This document shows, piece after piece, positions 8,514 to 17,672 of a stretch of 46,944 bases of DNA; within the stretch, counting starts at the first letter, position 1, and every line of letters begins with the position of its first letter. The stretch comes from Eubacterium sp. (GTDB lineage: Bacteria; Bacillota; Clostridia; Oscillospirales; Acutalibacteraceae), in the NCBI GenBank assembly GCA_017476375.1, contig JAFUZY010000118.1, positions 1 to 46,944 on the forward strand, given 5' to 3'. Under the pieces are notes generated by a model. That model was given only the letters and a program-made list of their open reading frames with translations, made no database searches and was not told the DNA's origin. The position numbers and the translations under genes were made by a program.

Positions 8514-9578
8514 ATGAATGATTTAAAGAAAAATAAAACAAAAGAAATGATTCTTGTATCATTAATACTTATTATCTCGTTTGCCGTGTGGCTTGTTGTT
8601 CCCTATGCACAGCACTTGACAAACGACAGGGAGCTTTCGTGGAATTATTATATTGTTAAAGGCATTATCGTCAGTTTTGCAAGCCTTGCGGTTTATCTTA
8701 TTGCAGGAAATTATGGGACTGCTGTTTTTAAAAATTATAGCAAGCTTATACTATATGTAAGTACTGCGGTCGTATTGGCTTTTGCAGTATTTGAGTATCC
8801 GTTATCACGTGTCGATATTTCGGTTTTATCAAAAGCTATTGCATATGCTTATGCAGCCTTGCCGTTTTTGCAGGTCGTTTCGCTTTGCGCATTAGCTGTT
8901 TGTCTGGATGAAATCTTATCTGGTGACATTAGTTTTTCAAAAATTGCGCTGATTGCCGCAGGAACAGTTTTGGCGGTACTGCTGAACAATGTTTTTAAAG
9001 TCGTGTTATTTATAATGCTCATAACAGTTCTGATTAAGCAGTTTAAGAGCAAGGATGAAGGCAGAAAAGCAGCCGTTATTATTGTAACGATGCTGAGCGC
9101 CTCTTTGCTGGCATATATTGCATATGCGTTTTGCGATGAATTAAAAACTTTGCTTATAGAATGGGACAACAAAAGTTATATGGCATATGTATCTCGTAAT
9201 GTGTGGTCACAGGCCAAGCTTTTTGGTACAATGGACGATTTAAAAATAGTTGGAGGTAGTATATCCGGTTTTTCTTTACTTTGGTTGATTGGCTTTTTAG
9301 GTATTATTCCAACTGCAATAATTGTAATAACTTTAATTACCCTTGTTTTGCAAATGTTAAAACAAGGAGAGAATATGGGAATCGTAAATCCGCTTAAAAA
9401 TCTTGCTTTAATCTTTTTTTGCGTTCGTTTATTCCTTGCTATTCTTGCCAATTGCGGTATTGTTTTAGTCGGATTAATGACTCCGATGCCAATGGTTATG
9501 GATACAGTTTCAGGTATGCTTTGTTCGTTCTTGTTGCTCGGTCTGCATAATTCCTATCTGAAAAACACAACTGAATAA
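8514..9578 (+). CDS. Multi-pass membrane protein, distant FtsW/RodA/SpoVE (SEDS)-like
   Basis: About 10 hydrophobic segments; QAKLFG, FSLLWLIGFLGII and ANCGIV...PMPM echo SEDS C-terminal motifs. Confidence 0.55.
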   Translation: MNDLKKNKTKEMILVSLILIISFAVWLVVPYAQHLTNDRELSWNYYIVKGIIVSFASLAVYLIAGNYGTAVFKNYSKLILYVSTAVVLAFAVFEYPLSRVDISVLSKAIAYAYAALPFLQVVSLCALAVCLDEILSGDISFSKIALIAAGTVLAVLLNNVFKVVLFIMLITVLIKQFKSKDEGRKAAVIIVTMLSASLLAYIAYAFCDELKTLLIEWDNKSYMAYVSRNVWSQAKLFGTMDDLKIVGGSISGFSLLWLIGFLGIIPTAIIVITLITLVLQMLKQGENMGIVNPLKNLALIFFCVRLFLAILANCGIVLVGLMTPMPMVMDTVSGMLCSFLLLGLHNSYLKNTTE

Positions 9579-9595
9579 CTAAAGGTGTCTGATTT

Positions 9596-10465
9596 ATGGC
9601 AAAGAATTCAAAAAGCAAAAAAATAATTGCAGCTTTCAGTTGCATTTTACTGATTATAACAGCGATGTTTAGCGGTTGTATCAAAGACACTCCAAGCAAA
9701 TCAAAATACGAAAAGCTTTATTATGAGTACATTAACAATGTACTAACTCCGCAAATCGGTTACTGTGAAAGTCAAAAGGAAACCTTTAAAGAGATTCAGG
9801 AAAGCCAACTGTATTTTAAAATGAAAGATATAAAAGGAATTATGTCTGCCTTTATTAAGGATTTAAACAATGACGGAATTCCCGAGATGATAACCGTTTC
9901 ATCTTTAGGAAAAGGCTCGGCGAAAAACACAGAATTCTTTGAGGATTCTATTGTTGTAGAAATTCATTGTTATTCCATTGAGGATAATGCCGTATCTGAT
10001 AAGGGAATAGTGCAACAAATAGCCACTTTTAAGAATAGCGACGAGCGAGTATGTGTTTATTTCTTAGAGGAAAAATCTCCGAGATTATGCATCGCCTCAA
10101 ATTACTGGCCTTCCAACATATCAAGTACAAGCTTCTCTGACCAATCTTTCAGCTCGTATGTTTATACCGATAACTTAACTGAAGAACATCATGTCGTTCG
10201 TTATGTTTCTCACGGCATACGAGCATATATGATCAATGAACAGGATTATGGATTTGACGAAGGAAATAAAAAATGTGCTGAAATTTTTTCAGATATAGGA
10301 TTAGATGATTCATATGTTAACGGACTATGGAACGAATTCCCAAACAATAGCATAGAAAAAATTTGCCTGTGTGGAACAGAATACAATGATAACGGTGAAT
10401 ACAGAGCATTTGTTACTGACTACACAAAGCTTGGAACGCATGTCGAAAAATCTATTGACAACTAA
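9596..10465 (+). CDS. Putative lipoprotein
   Basis: Basic N-terminus, hydrophobic stretch, lipobox FSGC; DLNNDGIPE Ca-binding-like motif. Confidence 0.75.
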   Translation: MAKNSKSKKIIAAFSCILLIITAMFSGCIKDTPSKSKYEKLYYEYINNVLTPQIGYCESQKETFKEIQESQLYFKMKDIKGIMSAFIKDLNNDGIPEMITVSSLGKGSAKNTEFFEDSIVVEIHCYSIEDNAVSDKGIVQQIATFKNSDERVCVYFLEEKSPRLCIASNYWPSNISSTSFSDQSFSSYVYTDNLTEEHHVVRYVSHGIRAYMINEQDYGFDEGNKKCAEIFSDIGLDDSYVNGLWNEFPNNSIEKICLCGTEYNDNGEYRAFVTDYTKLGTHVEKSIDN

Positions 10466-10483
10466 AAACTTAATTTGTATATT
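10455..10483 (+). promoter_or_regulatory. Sigma-A type promoter for candidate antitoxin RNA
   Basis: TTGACA (10455-10460), 17 bp, TATATT (10478-10483). Confidence 0.7.
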
Positions 10484-10489
10484 ATAAGT

Positions 10490-10575
10490 GAACAAGGAGC
10501 TATCCGATAGACGGTTAGCCCCGATGTTTTGGTTAAAATAACCGCCGCATTTGAAAGCTGAGGGCGGTTATTTTA
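10490..10575 (+). ncRNA. Candidate type I antitoxin RNA
   Basis: Downstream of the promoter; 5' hairpin (GCTA-TCCG/CGG-TTAGC) and a 13-bp terminator stem; convergent with a small hydrophobic ORF. Confidence 0.55.
10534..10575. terminator. Bidirectional intrinsic terminator
   Basis: TAAAATAACCGCC (10534-10546) / GGCGGTTATTTTA (10563-10575). Confidence 0.7.
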
Positions 10576-10580
10576 CTTTA

Positions 10581-10649
10581 TTACTTATTCTTTGAGAAAA
10601 AGTAAATGATAAGTAACACTATCGTCAAATAAAGAATATATTCTCCCAT
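10581..10649 (-). CDS. 22-aa hydrophobic peptide MGEYILYLTIVLLIIYFFSKNK, candidate type I toxin
   Basis: Hand translation; SD AAGGGGGTG that can be sequestered by upstream CACCCC; single TM helix with basic tail. Confidence 0.7.
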   Translation of the reverse strand: MGEYILYLTIVLLIIYFFSKNK

Positions 10650-10825
10650 AGCACACCCCCTTAACCTCTTGCGAGGGGTGGGGCTGTATTTAACCGCCTA
10701 CCGTTTTTCGTGATATGCTCCTTGCCGGACAACCTAATGTCCTAAAGAAATTTAATATATTAAAATAAAAAAGTAAACATCAAATTGGCTAAAAATTGCA
10801 GTATTTATGTAGTTTTTAGTCTTGT

Positions 10826-10868
10826 TTTTTTGCGTTTCCCGAAACGGAAAAGCCATGGCTTATATTTG
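10826..10868. repeat. 43-bp direct repeat, copy of 12328-12370
   Basis: TTTTTTGCGTTT[C/T]CCGAAACGGAAAAGCCATGGCTTATATTTG, one mismatch. Confidence 0.9.
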
Positions 10869-10900
10869 ATTATTTTTTCGACGAACAACACATACCGTCA

Positions 10901-10971
10901 AATCAATGGGGACACACCTCTGAGCGTTGTCATTGCAAAACGCCTTCTGTGGAGGACTGTCCCCATTGATT
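10901..10971. repeat. REP-like inverted repeat
   Basis: AATCAATGGGGACA (10901-10914) / TGTCCCCATTGATT (10958-10971), perfect 14 bp. Confidence 0.8.
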
Positions 10972-11024
10972 CGAGGGAGCGCCCCACGCGCCACTTATTG
11001 TCCGAGGCGAAGCCGAGTAACCAC

Positions 11025-11049
11025 AATTCGTAACTCGTAATTCGTAATT
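11025..11049. repeat. Heptamer tandem repeat (AATTCGT) x3.5
   Basis: AATTCGT AACTCGT AATTCGT AATT, abutting the stop codon of the PHP gene. Confidence 0.8.
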
Positions 11050-11985
11050 TTAAGTATATATCGCCGAGGTAACGGCAAGAGGCATCTCCTCGCCGTCAAG
11101 TTCTCCCCAAAGTTCAGCCCTGTACCAACTATTCGGTTTAAGGTTTAGCTTTATTTCTTTTTCATTAAGTTCTGCTTTATAAATACACAAACTCTTATTT
11201 GTTACTATTCTGATTTTTGAATACGAAACGCCTTCGTTTCTTCTTGCATTAACGTCGCAAAAAAGTTTTATTTTTGCTTCACCTTCTGCTGCTGTTTCTC
11301 CGAGAGTGAAAATTCTGTTATTCTGCTCTATTTCAAAAGAGAGCAATGCTCCGAGGGCAGCTATTGTTTTCCTGCTTTTTATTGAGTTCAAGGCTTTTTC
11401 TGCTGTTGGCTTTCCGTTTATATCAATATATGTGCAGCCGAAAAGTCCTTTTGCCTCATTTGAGTGCCAGTCCCTTCCGTAAGCTGCGCCAATGTGATAG
11501 CCCTCATCAAGCAGCTCGCTCCAAAAAGCGAGGGCCTTTTCATTTTCTTTATTATCCTTTGAAAAGCCTTCATGGAAAACCTCGATATAATCAACATTTT
11601 CATAGTTTTTTATATCAAATTCATATCTTCCGCCCGTGCAAAACGGTGAGCCGAGCTGAAAGGGGTGCGCAATTCCGATAACGCCTTCTGCCTTTTTGAC
11701 CTCGCCGAGTTTTTCATCAATATTGTTTGGCGTTGCATTTCGCCAATCAACAAAGCTCTTTGCACCCAAAATAAGAATATGACCGTAATATGTTGTCCAT
11801 TCAATTCCGGAAATTGCAGGAATAATGCGTTCATCAAGCTCAGCGCAGCCGCTGAAGGTGTTGTGGTCTGTCAGGGCAATGAGTGAAAGCCCGTTTTCTT
11901 TTGCTGCATTTTGAAGCTCGCTTACATTAAATTTACCGTCGCTGTGGTTGGTGTGACAATGAAGCTCGCAGGGTAAATAGCTCAT
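11050..11985 (-). CDS. PHP-domain metallohydrolase (CehA/McbA-like)
   Basis: ELHCHTNHSDG, ALTDHN, GIE, AHP, GRDWH motifs. Confidence 0.85.
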   Translation of the reverse strand: MSYLPCELHCHTNHSDGKFNVSELQNAAKENGLSLIALTDHNTFSGCAELDERIIPAISGIEWTTYYGHILILGAKSFVDWRNATPNNIDEKLGEVKKAEGVIGIAHPFQLGSPFCTGGRYEFDIKNYENVDYIEVFHEGFSKDNKENEKALAFWSELLDEGYHIGAAYGRDWHSNEAKGLFGCTYIDINGKPTAEKALNSIKSRKTIAALGALLSFEIEQNNRIFTLGETAAEGEAKIKLFCDVNARRNEGVSYSKIRIVTNKSLCIYKAELNEKEIKLNLKPNSWYRAELWGELDGEEMPLAVTSAIYT

Positions 11986-12422
11986 CCCTTTTCCTCCTCG
12001 ATTTCAATGCTGTATTCAACTTCGCAACCAACAAAATGAACATTCAAAACAGCGTTCCATTCTCCGCCCTCAATCGGTTTATTGATAATACCGGGGGTAC
12101 TGTTTTTATCTGAAATATAAATTATCTGCTTATTCGGGTGACGGTGGCAGGCACCGCGGTATTTTCCGTTTTCATCAAAGGAAAGCGTCAATAAATTTCT
12201 TATCGGAAGAAATTCTGCGGGATTTTTGCTCTTTTCGCCGTACTTTTCCAAGCCTTCGTTTATCAGCTTTAGCGCCTGTTCTTCATCCTCAACTTCCTTC
12301 GGGAAATACGAATATTTAACAACAAGCTTTTTTGCGTTTTCCGAAACGGAAAAGCCATGGCTTATATTTGTTTTATTATTCTTTTCGCTGACTTTTCCTT
12401 TAACGGATAAAACCTTCATCAT
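11982..12422 (-). CDS. Hypothetical protein translationally coupled to the PHP gene
   Basis: 4-bp overlap with the PHP start; YRGACH and GEWN motifs; start uncertain (12431/12422/12419). Confidence 0.75.
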   Translation of the reverse strand: MMKVLSVKGKVSEKNNKTNISHGFSVSENAKKLVVKYSYFPKEVEDEEQALKLINEGLEKYGEKSKNPAEFLPIRNLLTLSFDENGKYRGACHRHPNKQIIYISDKNSTPGIINKPIEGGEWNAVLNVHFVGCEVEYSIEIEEEKG

Positions 12423-12467
12423 ATTCACCAAAATTTATTATTTATTGATATAATAATGCGCTTTATC

Positions 12468-12496
12468 TTGAATAATGTCAATAATAATGCTATAAT
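12468..12496 (+). promoter_or_regulatory. Sigma-A promoter with extended -10
   Basis: TTGAAT (12468-12473), 17 bp, TATAAT (12491-12496) preceded by TGc. Confidence 0.75.
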
Positions 12497-12499
12497 TTT

Positions 12500-12775
12500 A
12501 GGTAGGCTGGAATCGGAAATGAATCGGTTTTCAGATGCAAATTTCCATTAATACTTCCCAAAATTTCTTGAAAGACGCGAGTATTCCTGCGAAATTTTGC
12601 TTTGTCTTAAAGAAAATCTGCTATCTGAAAACTGCTTCGCATTTCTCAGCCTGGAATTTATTAGATAGTTTCGTTGTAATCGACGAAGTTTTACTGTCGT
12701 AAATCGAGGAGAGTACGGCGAAAATATCAGGAAAGGACGGCTTAGAAACGGTTCGATTCCGAATCAAGCCTACCT
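12500..12775 (+). other. ~276-nt structured element with paired ends (ncRNA/leader or MITE-like)
   Basis: AGGTAGGCT.GA.TCGGAA pairs with TTCCGA.TC.AGCCTACCT; two internal long stem-loops. Confidence 0.65.
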
Positions 12776-12788
12776 TATGGTGATAAGA

Positions 12789-13682
12789 ATGAACAAGGAT
12801 TTAAAAAAATGGATGGGCAAAATCAGTTCCGATAAACCGCTTTTTTCAATCAATATTCCCGGTACTCATGACTGTGCTGCTCGCTTTGTTCAATATGCTC
12901 ATATTGCGAAATGCCAGGATTTGAGTATATACGACCAGCTCGCCATAGGTGTTCGTGCTCTTGATATAAGGGTTATGGCAGAGGGAAACAGGCTTCTGAT
13001 GATTCACTCTATCGCCAAGGTTTTCTGCACGGCGCGCCAGCCAAAACTCCATATGGATTTAGAGTATATTCTGACCCAGATATATGCTTTTCTTGATGAA
13101 AACCCAAGTGAAGCAGTGATTTTCCAGTTTAAAAACGATTCCGGCAAAGATTTTGAAAAGAGTTTTGATAATCTTTTTAACACATATATCAAGCCCAACC
13201 AAAAAAGATGGTATCTGAAAAACAAATGCCCGACACTTGGCGAAGCAAGGGGAAAAATTGTTCTTATTCGTCGCTGCTCCATGGATAAAAGCAACGAGGA
13301 ATACACAAATAAAAACAGCGGAATTGATTTTTCCTCCTGGGTTGAGCAAACTGAAATGATTCCCGAACCGCTGATTCTTAAAACCGGCTCAGAGGACTCG
13401 GCTGAATTCATTATTCAGGACAGATTCAAATACAAAGCAGAGGAAAAGTGGGCAGCCTGTATAAAACCGTTTATCGAGAAGCTCAAGCCCTTTGAAAAGC
13501 AATATGTTATCTGCTATTTTTCAACCTCGGGCGGAATTGCAGGTCCAAAGAAAAATGCCGGGCTTCTGAATAATGCTTTTATTAATTTTCCTATTCCAAG
13601 GGGAATTTATCTCGGAACAATCTATCTTGATTTTCCAAATAAAAGAATTACAACAAAGATTATAGAGAGTAACAAAATATGA
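12789..13682 (+). CDS. Phosphatidylinositol-specific phospholipase C (X domain) family protein
   Basis: SINIPGTHD, QDLSIYDQLAIGVRALDIR, PTLGEARGKIVL, IQD; start 12777 or 12789. Confidence 0.85.
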   Translation: MNKDLKKWMGKISSDKPLFSINIPGTHDCAARFVQYAHIAKCQDLSIYDQLAIGVRALDIRVMAEGNRLLMIHSIAKVFCTARQPKLHMDLEYILTQIYAFLDENPSEAVIFQFKNDSGKDFEKSFDNLFNTYIKPNQKRWYLKNKCPTLGEARGKIVLIRRCSMDKSNEEYTNKNSGIDFSSWVEQTEMIPEPLILKTGSEDSAEFIIQDRFKYKAEEKWAACIKPFIEKLKPFEKQYVICYFSTSGGIAGPKKNAGLLNNAFINFPIPRGIYLGTIYLDFPNKRITTKIIESNKI

Positions 13683-14926
13683 AAATGAATATGATTATCG
13701 GCCAGTCCGGCGGACCGACCTCGGTTATTAACTCAAGCCTTGCAGGAGCAATTGAATATGCGATAAACAGCAAGGTTATCGGCAATGTTTACGGAATGAT
13801 AAACGGTATTGAAGGGCTTCTTGAAGATAATATCATCTGCCTTTCGGATATGTTTTCCCAGATGCCGCAGGAGATTCATCGCTTAAAGCATTCTCCTGCA
13901 ATGTTCCTCGGCTCGTGCAGATATAAGCTCAGCCACACCGAAGAGGAGTACGACAGACTTTTTGAGATACTTAATAAATACCACATCGGATATTTTGTTT
14001 ATATCGGCGGAAACGATTCAATGGACACCGTTGAAAAACTTTCACGATATACAAAAGAAAAAAATATTGATATTAAAATAGTCGGAATCCCGAAAACAAT
14101 TGATAATGATTTGGTGGGAATAGACCATTCGCCCGGATTCGGTTCAGCGGCAAAATATATTGCAACCTGCGTTCGCGAGGTTGCGTATGACACGAGTATT
14201 TATTCGATAAAGAGCGTTCATATCATTGAGGCTATGGGACGAAATGCAGGCTGGCTTACTGCTGCATCCGTTCTTGCAAGGGCGGAATATATGCCCGCTC
14301 CTCATTTGATTTATCTCCCCGAGGTTCCGTTTTCGGTTGAGCAATTTGTTTGCGATGTTAAGAAAAAGCTTGAGGAATACAACTCGGTTATCGTTGTCGT
14401 CAGCGAAGGTATAAGGGATAAAAACGGCGAATATATCTCGGCAAACAGCGCAACCTCGGCAGACCAGTTTGGTCATGCAAGGCTCAGCGGAGCGGCTGCG
14501 TATCTTAAAACAGTTGTTGAAGAGCAAATCGGATGTAAGGTTCGCGCCCTTGAACCAAGCGTTCTTCAAAGAAGCGCCGGGCACATTATTTCGCAAACCG
14601 ATGTCAACGAGGCGTTCAACCTCGGAACCGTTGCCGCAAGAGCAGCGGAAGAGGGCAAAACAGGCGTTTTTGCAACTCTCACAAGAACCTCAAACAAGCC
14701 GTATACCGTTCAGTATGGAATTGAAGATGTTAAGGTTGTTGCAAATCAGGAAAAAACAGTTCCGAGAGATTTCATCAACGAAGAGGGCAATGATGTAACC
14801 GATAAGATGATAACCTATCTCAGACCTCTCATCAGGGGCGTTGCTCAGACCCCGTTCAGAAACGGGTTGCCCGATTATATCGACATACGCCATCTGGATG
14901 TAAGAAAGCAGAAATACAGAAACTGA
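13679..14926 (+). CDS. pfp: 6-phosphofructokinase, probably PPi-dependent
   Basis: GQSGGPT, GGNDS (Asp typical of PPi-type), PKTIDND, MGRNAG. Confidence 0.85.
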   Translation: MKMNMIIGQSGGPTSVINSSLAGAIEYAINSKVIGNVYGMINGIEGLLEDNIICLSDMFSQMPQEIHRLKHSPAMFLGSCRYKLSHTEEEYDRLFEILNKYHIGYFVYIGGNDSMDTVEKLSRYTKEKNIDIKIVGIPKTIDNDLVGIDHSPGFGSAAKYIATCVREVAYDTSIYSIKSVHIIEAMGRNAGWLTAASVLARAEYMPAPHLIYLPEVPFSVEQFVCDVKKKLEEYNSVIVVVSEGIRDKNGEYISANSATSADQFGHARLSGAAAYLKTVVEEQIGCKVRALEPSVLQRSAGHIISQTDVNEAFNLGTVAARAAEEGKTGVFATLTRTSNKPYTVQYGIEDVKVVANQEKTVPRDFINEEGNDVTDKMITYLRPLIRGVAQTPFRNGLPDYIDIRHLDVRKQKYRN

Positions 14927-14938
14927 TTGGGTGATATT

Positions 14939-15871
14939 ATGTTTTATAAAATAAACACCGAAATAAACCCTATTGACATAGAAAATATTGATGAAAGCTG
15001 CTTAACAGCGGGCTTTATCAGTGCTGCCGAGCTCCTTGAAATCGGCGGAAGATTCGGCTTTTCTCAGTCAACAATCAACTCATGCCAGAAAGCCAATAAG
15101 TATTTTAGAAGCGATGTTGAAATCCATGATAACTATCTTTTTACGGAGCTGAGAATTGCCGATCCGAATAATATTGAAGAATTCGACTGCGTTTCGCTGT
15201 ATATCAAGAAAAATCTTATTATCGTTGTTGATGTTGAAGACTATGATTCATCAACAAAAAACAAGTTTCTTGATGCGCTGAAAAGATATCCTGCAGATAA
15301 TCTGACTATCGAAAAGCTTATTTTTGCATTTATTGACGCCCTTATTTCAAATGATTTCAAGTATATCGAAGATAAGGGCAACGAGATAACCCTGCTTGAG
15401 GAAGAGGTTATTAAGGATAATGTTGAAGATGATTTCAGTCTTGAGCTTTTGCATCTGAAAAAAGAGCTTCTGACAATGCATAACTACTATGAGCAGCTTC
15501 TTGATATAACCGATGCAATTGAAGAAAACGAAAACGAGCTTTTTAACGACGACAAGCTTATCTATATAATGAATGTTTCAAACAAGATTCAAAGACTCAG
15601 AGAGGACACTGATTCTCTCAGCAGCTCGGTTAATCATCTTCAGGACGCTTATTCCTCGTCGCTCGATATTAAGCTCAACAATGTTATGAAGCGCTTTACG
15701 GTTATAACAAGCATTTTCTTCCCGTTAACCCTTATTGTAGGCTGGTACGGAATGAATTTCCGCGCAATGCCCGAATTTGCGTGGAAATACGGATATGTTT
15801 ATGTTATTGCTCTTTCGGTTATCGTTGTTTCGGTTTTGATTTTTATCAGCAAAAAGAAGAAATGGTTTTAA
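14939..15871 (+). CDS. corA: CorA-family Mg2+/Co2+ transporter
   Basis: YGMNF signature, MPEF.W.YGY, two C-terminal TM helices. Confidence 0.85.
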   Translation: MFYKINTEINPIDIENIDESCLTAGFISAAELLEIGGRFGFSQSTINSCQKANKYFRSDVEIHDNYLFTELRIADPNNIEEFDCVSLYIKKNLIIVVDVEDYDSSTKNKFLDALKRYPADNLTIEKLIFAFIDALISNDFKYIEDKGNEITLLEEEVIKDNVEDDFSLELLHLKKELLTMHNYYEQLLDITDAIEENENELFNDDKLIYIMNVSNKIQRLREDTDSLSSSVNHLQDAYSSSLDIKLNNVMKRFTVITSIFFPLTLIVGWYGMNFRAMPEFAWKYGYVYVIALSVIVVSVLIFISKKKKWF

Positions 15872-15873
15872 AA

Positions 15874-16548
15874 ATGAAAAAAGAAAACTATGAGCTGCTT
15901 GAGGGCTATATGCTTTCGTGTATGGATGAAAATGCCCATGATAAAGAGCATATATACAGGGTGCTTTATACCGCACTTGAAATAGCAGAATCAGAAAAAG
16001 ATGTTGATTATGATATTCTGATTTCAGCCTGCCTTCTTCACGATATAGGACGAAAAGAGCAGTTTGAAAACCCGAAGCTCTGCCATGCAAAAATCGGAGC
16101 AGAAAAGGCGTATAAGTTTTTAAATGAAAACGGATTTTCAAGGGAATTTGCAGACAACGTTTCAGCTTGCATTGATTCCCACAGATTTCGCGGCAACAAC
16201 AAGCCAAAAAGCATTGAGGCAAAAATTCTTTTTGATGCGGATAAAATTGACGTCTGCGGCACTATGGGAATTGCAAGAACCCTTTATTATAATTCCACCC
16301 TTGGCGAACCTTTGTATAATCTTGATGAAAACAGAAATGTTCTCAGGGGCGAGGAGGATAAAAACGCTTCCTTCTTTCAGGAATATAAGTTTAAACTTGA
16401 AAAGGTTTATGAAAGACTCTACACGGATAAAGGAAGAGAAATTGCAAATTCAAGAAGAAAATCAGCGGTTGATTTTTATGAAAATATGCTAAGTGAAACG
16501 TCTGAAACCTATAAATCTAAAAACAATTTAAAAAAACATATATATTAA
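15874..16548 (+). CDS. HD-domain phosphohydrolase
   Basis: AHDKEHIYRV, LLHDIGR, DADKID. Confidence 0.85.
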   Translation: MKKENYELLEGYMLSCMDENAHDKEHIYRVLYTALEIAESEKDVDYDILISACLLHDIGRKEQFENPKLCHAKIGAEKAYKFLNENGFSREFADNVSACIDSHRFRGNNKPKSIEAKILFDADKIDVCGTMGIARTLYYNSTLGEPLYNLDENRNVLRGEEDKNASFFQEYKFKLEKVYERLYTDKGREIANSRRKSAVDFYENMLSETSETYKSKNNLKKHIY

Positions 16549-16610
16549 CCGAATATTTCGGTTTTGATATAATCAAAAAGAAAATTGATTAAAACTAAGG
16601 AGGAAAATCA

Positions 16611-17594
16611 ATGAACAGCAATGTAAGACCTGAAAATATGGAGAGAATAACAACTCCCGAGCTTGCAAACGCCTTTATTGATGAACAAATCAAGGAATTA
16701 AAAGAACAAATCGGCGACAAGAAAGTGCTTCTCGCATTATCGGGCGGTGTTGACTCTTCGGTTGTTGCAGCGCTTCTTATCAAAGCAATCGGCAAGCAGC
16801 TCGTTTGCGTTCATGTTAACCACGGACTTCTCAGAAAGGGCGAGCCCGAGCAGGTTATTGAGGTTTTCAGAAACCAGATGGACGCTAACCTTATCTATGT
16901 TGACGCTGTTGACCGTTTTCTTGATAAACTTGCAGGTGTAGCAGAGCCTGAGAAGAAGAGAAAAATCATCGGCGATGAGTTTATCAGAGTTTTTGAGGAG
17001 GAAGCAAGAAAACTCGACGGAATAGAATTTCTCGCTCAGGGAACAATCTACCCCGATATTCTTGAAAGTCAGGACGGAATCAAGGCTCACCACAATGTCG
17101 GCGGACTTCCCGAAGACCTTCAGTTTGAGCTTGTTGAGCCTGTTAAACTTCTCTTCAAAGACGAGGTAAGAGTTGTCGGCAAGGCGCTCGGCCTTCCGGA
17201 CGGTATGGTATACCGTCAGCCGTTCCCGGGTCCCGGACTCGGCGTAAGATGCCTTGGCGCAATAACAAGAGACAGACTTGAAGCAGTAAGAGAATCCGAT
17301 GCAATTCTCAGAGAGGAATTTGCTAAAAACGGACTTGAAGGCAAAGTATGGCAGTATTTCACAGCTGTTCCCGATTTCAAATCAGTTGGCGTTAAGGACG
17401 GAAAGCGCACCTTCGCTTATCCTGTTATTATCAGAGCTATCAACACGAAAGACGCAATGACCGCAACCGTTGAAAACGTTCCTTTCGACCTTCTTCAGCA
17501 TATAACAAACCGCATAACAACAGAGGTTGAAAATGTTAACCGTGTTCTCTTCGACCTGACCCCGAAGCCCTGCGCAACTATCGAATGGGAATAA
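16611..17594 (+). CDS. guaA: GMP synthase, ATP-pyrophosphatase + C-terminal domains only (no GATase domain)
   Basis: [43 protein letters not shown]; only 327 aa. Confidence 0.9.
   Translation: MNSNVRPENMERITTPELANAFIDEQIKELKEQIGDKKVLLALSGGVDSSVVAALLIKAIGKQLVCVHVNHGLLRKGEPEQVIEVFRNQMDANLIYVDAVDRFLDKLAGVAEPEKKRKIIGDEFIRVFEEEARKLDGIEFLAQGTIYPDILESQDGIKAHHNVGGLPEDLQFELVEPVKLLFKDEVRVVGKALGLPDGMVYRQPFPGPGLGVRCLGAITRDRLEAVRESDAILREEFAKNGLEGKVWQYFTAVPDFKSVGVKDGKRTFAYPVIIRAINTKDAMTATVENVPFDLLQHITNRITTEVENVNRVLFDLTPKPCATIEWE
17580..17594 (+). repeat. att site (guaA end), core GAATGGGA
   Basis: ATCGAATGGGAATAA, versus ATTGAATGGGAGTAA at 27415-27429; both encode IEWE*. Confidence 0.85.
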
Positions 17595-17601
17595 TAACGA
17601 A

Positions 17602-17648
17602 AACCCCGAAAAACCGCAGTATTAAGCGATTTTCGGGGTTGCTTTTTT
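17602..17648 (+). terminator. Terminator after guaA, supplied by the prophage
   Basis: AACCCCGAAAA / TTTTCGGGGTT stem followed by a T run. Confidence 0.7.
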
Positions 17649-17653
17649 GCCTT

Positions 17654-17672
17654 GTGATACTAAAATGATACT
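17654..17672. promoter_or_regulatory. Putative integrase arm-type sites (left)
   Basis: GTGATACTAAAATGATACT; 18/19 identical to 27295-27313. Confidence 0.7.

Noticed and set aside
10785-11033. 82-aa ORF in the track
   Set aside because: It runs through the duplicated 43-mer and REP-like palindromes, with a TTG start and no RBS; probably spurious.
12741-12775. GGTTCGATTCC as a tRNA/tmRNA 3' end
   Set aside because: Only a 3-bp arm, no acceptor stem or CCA; better explained as part of the long closing stem.
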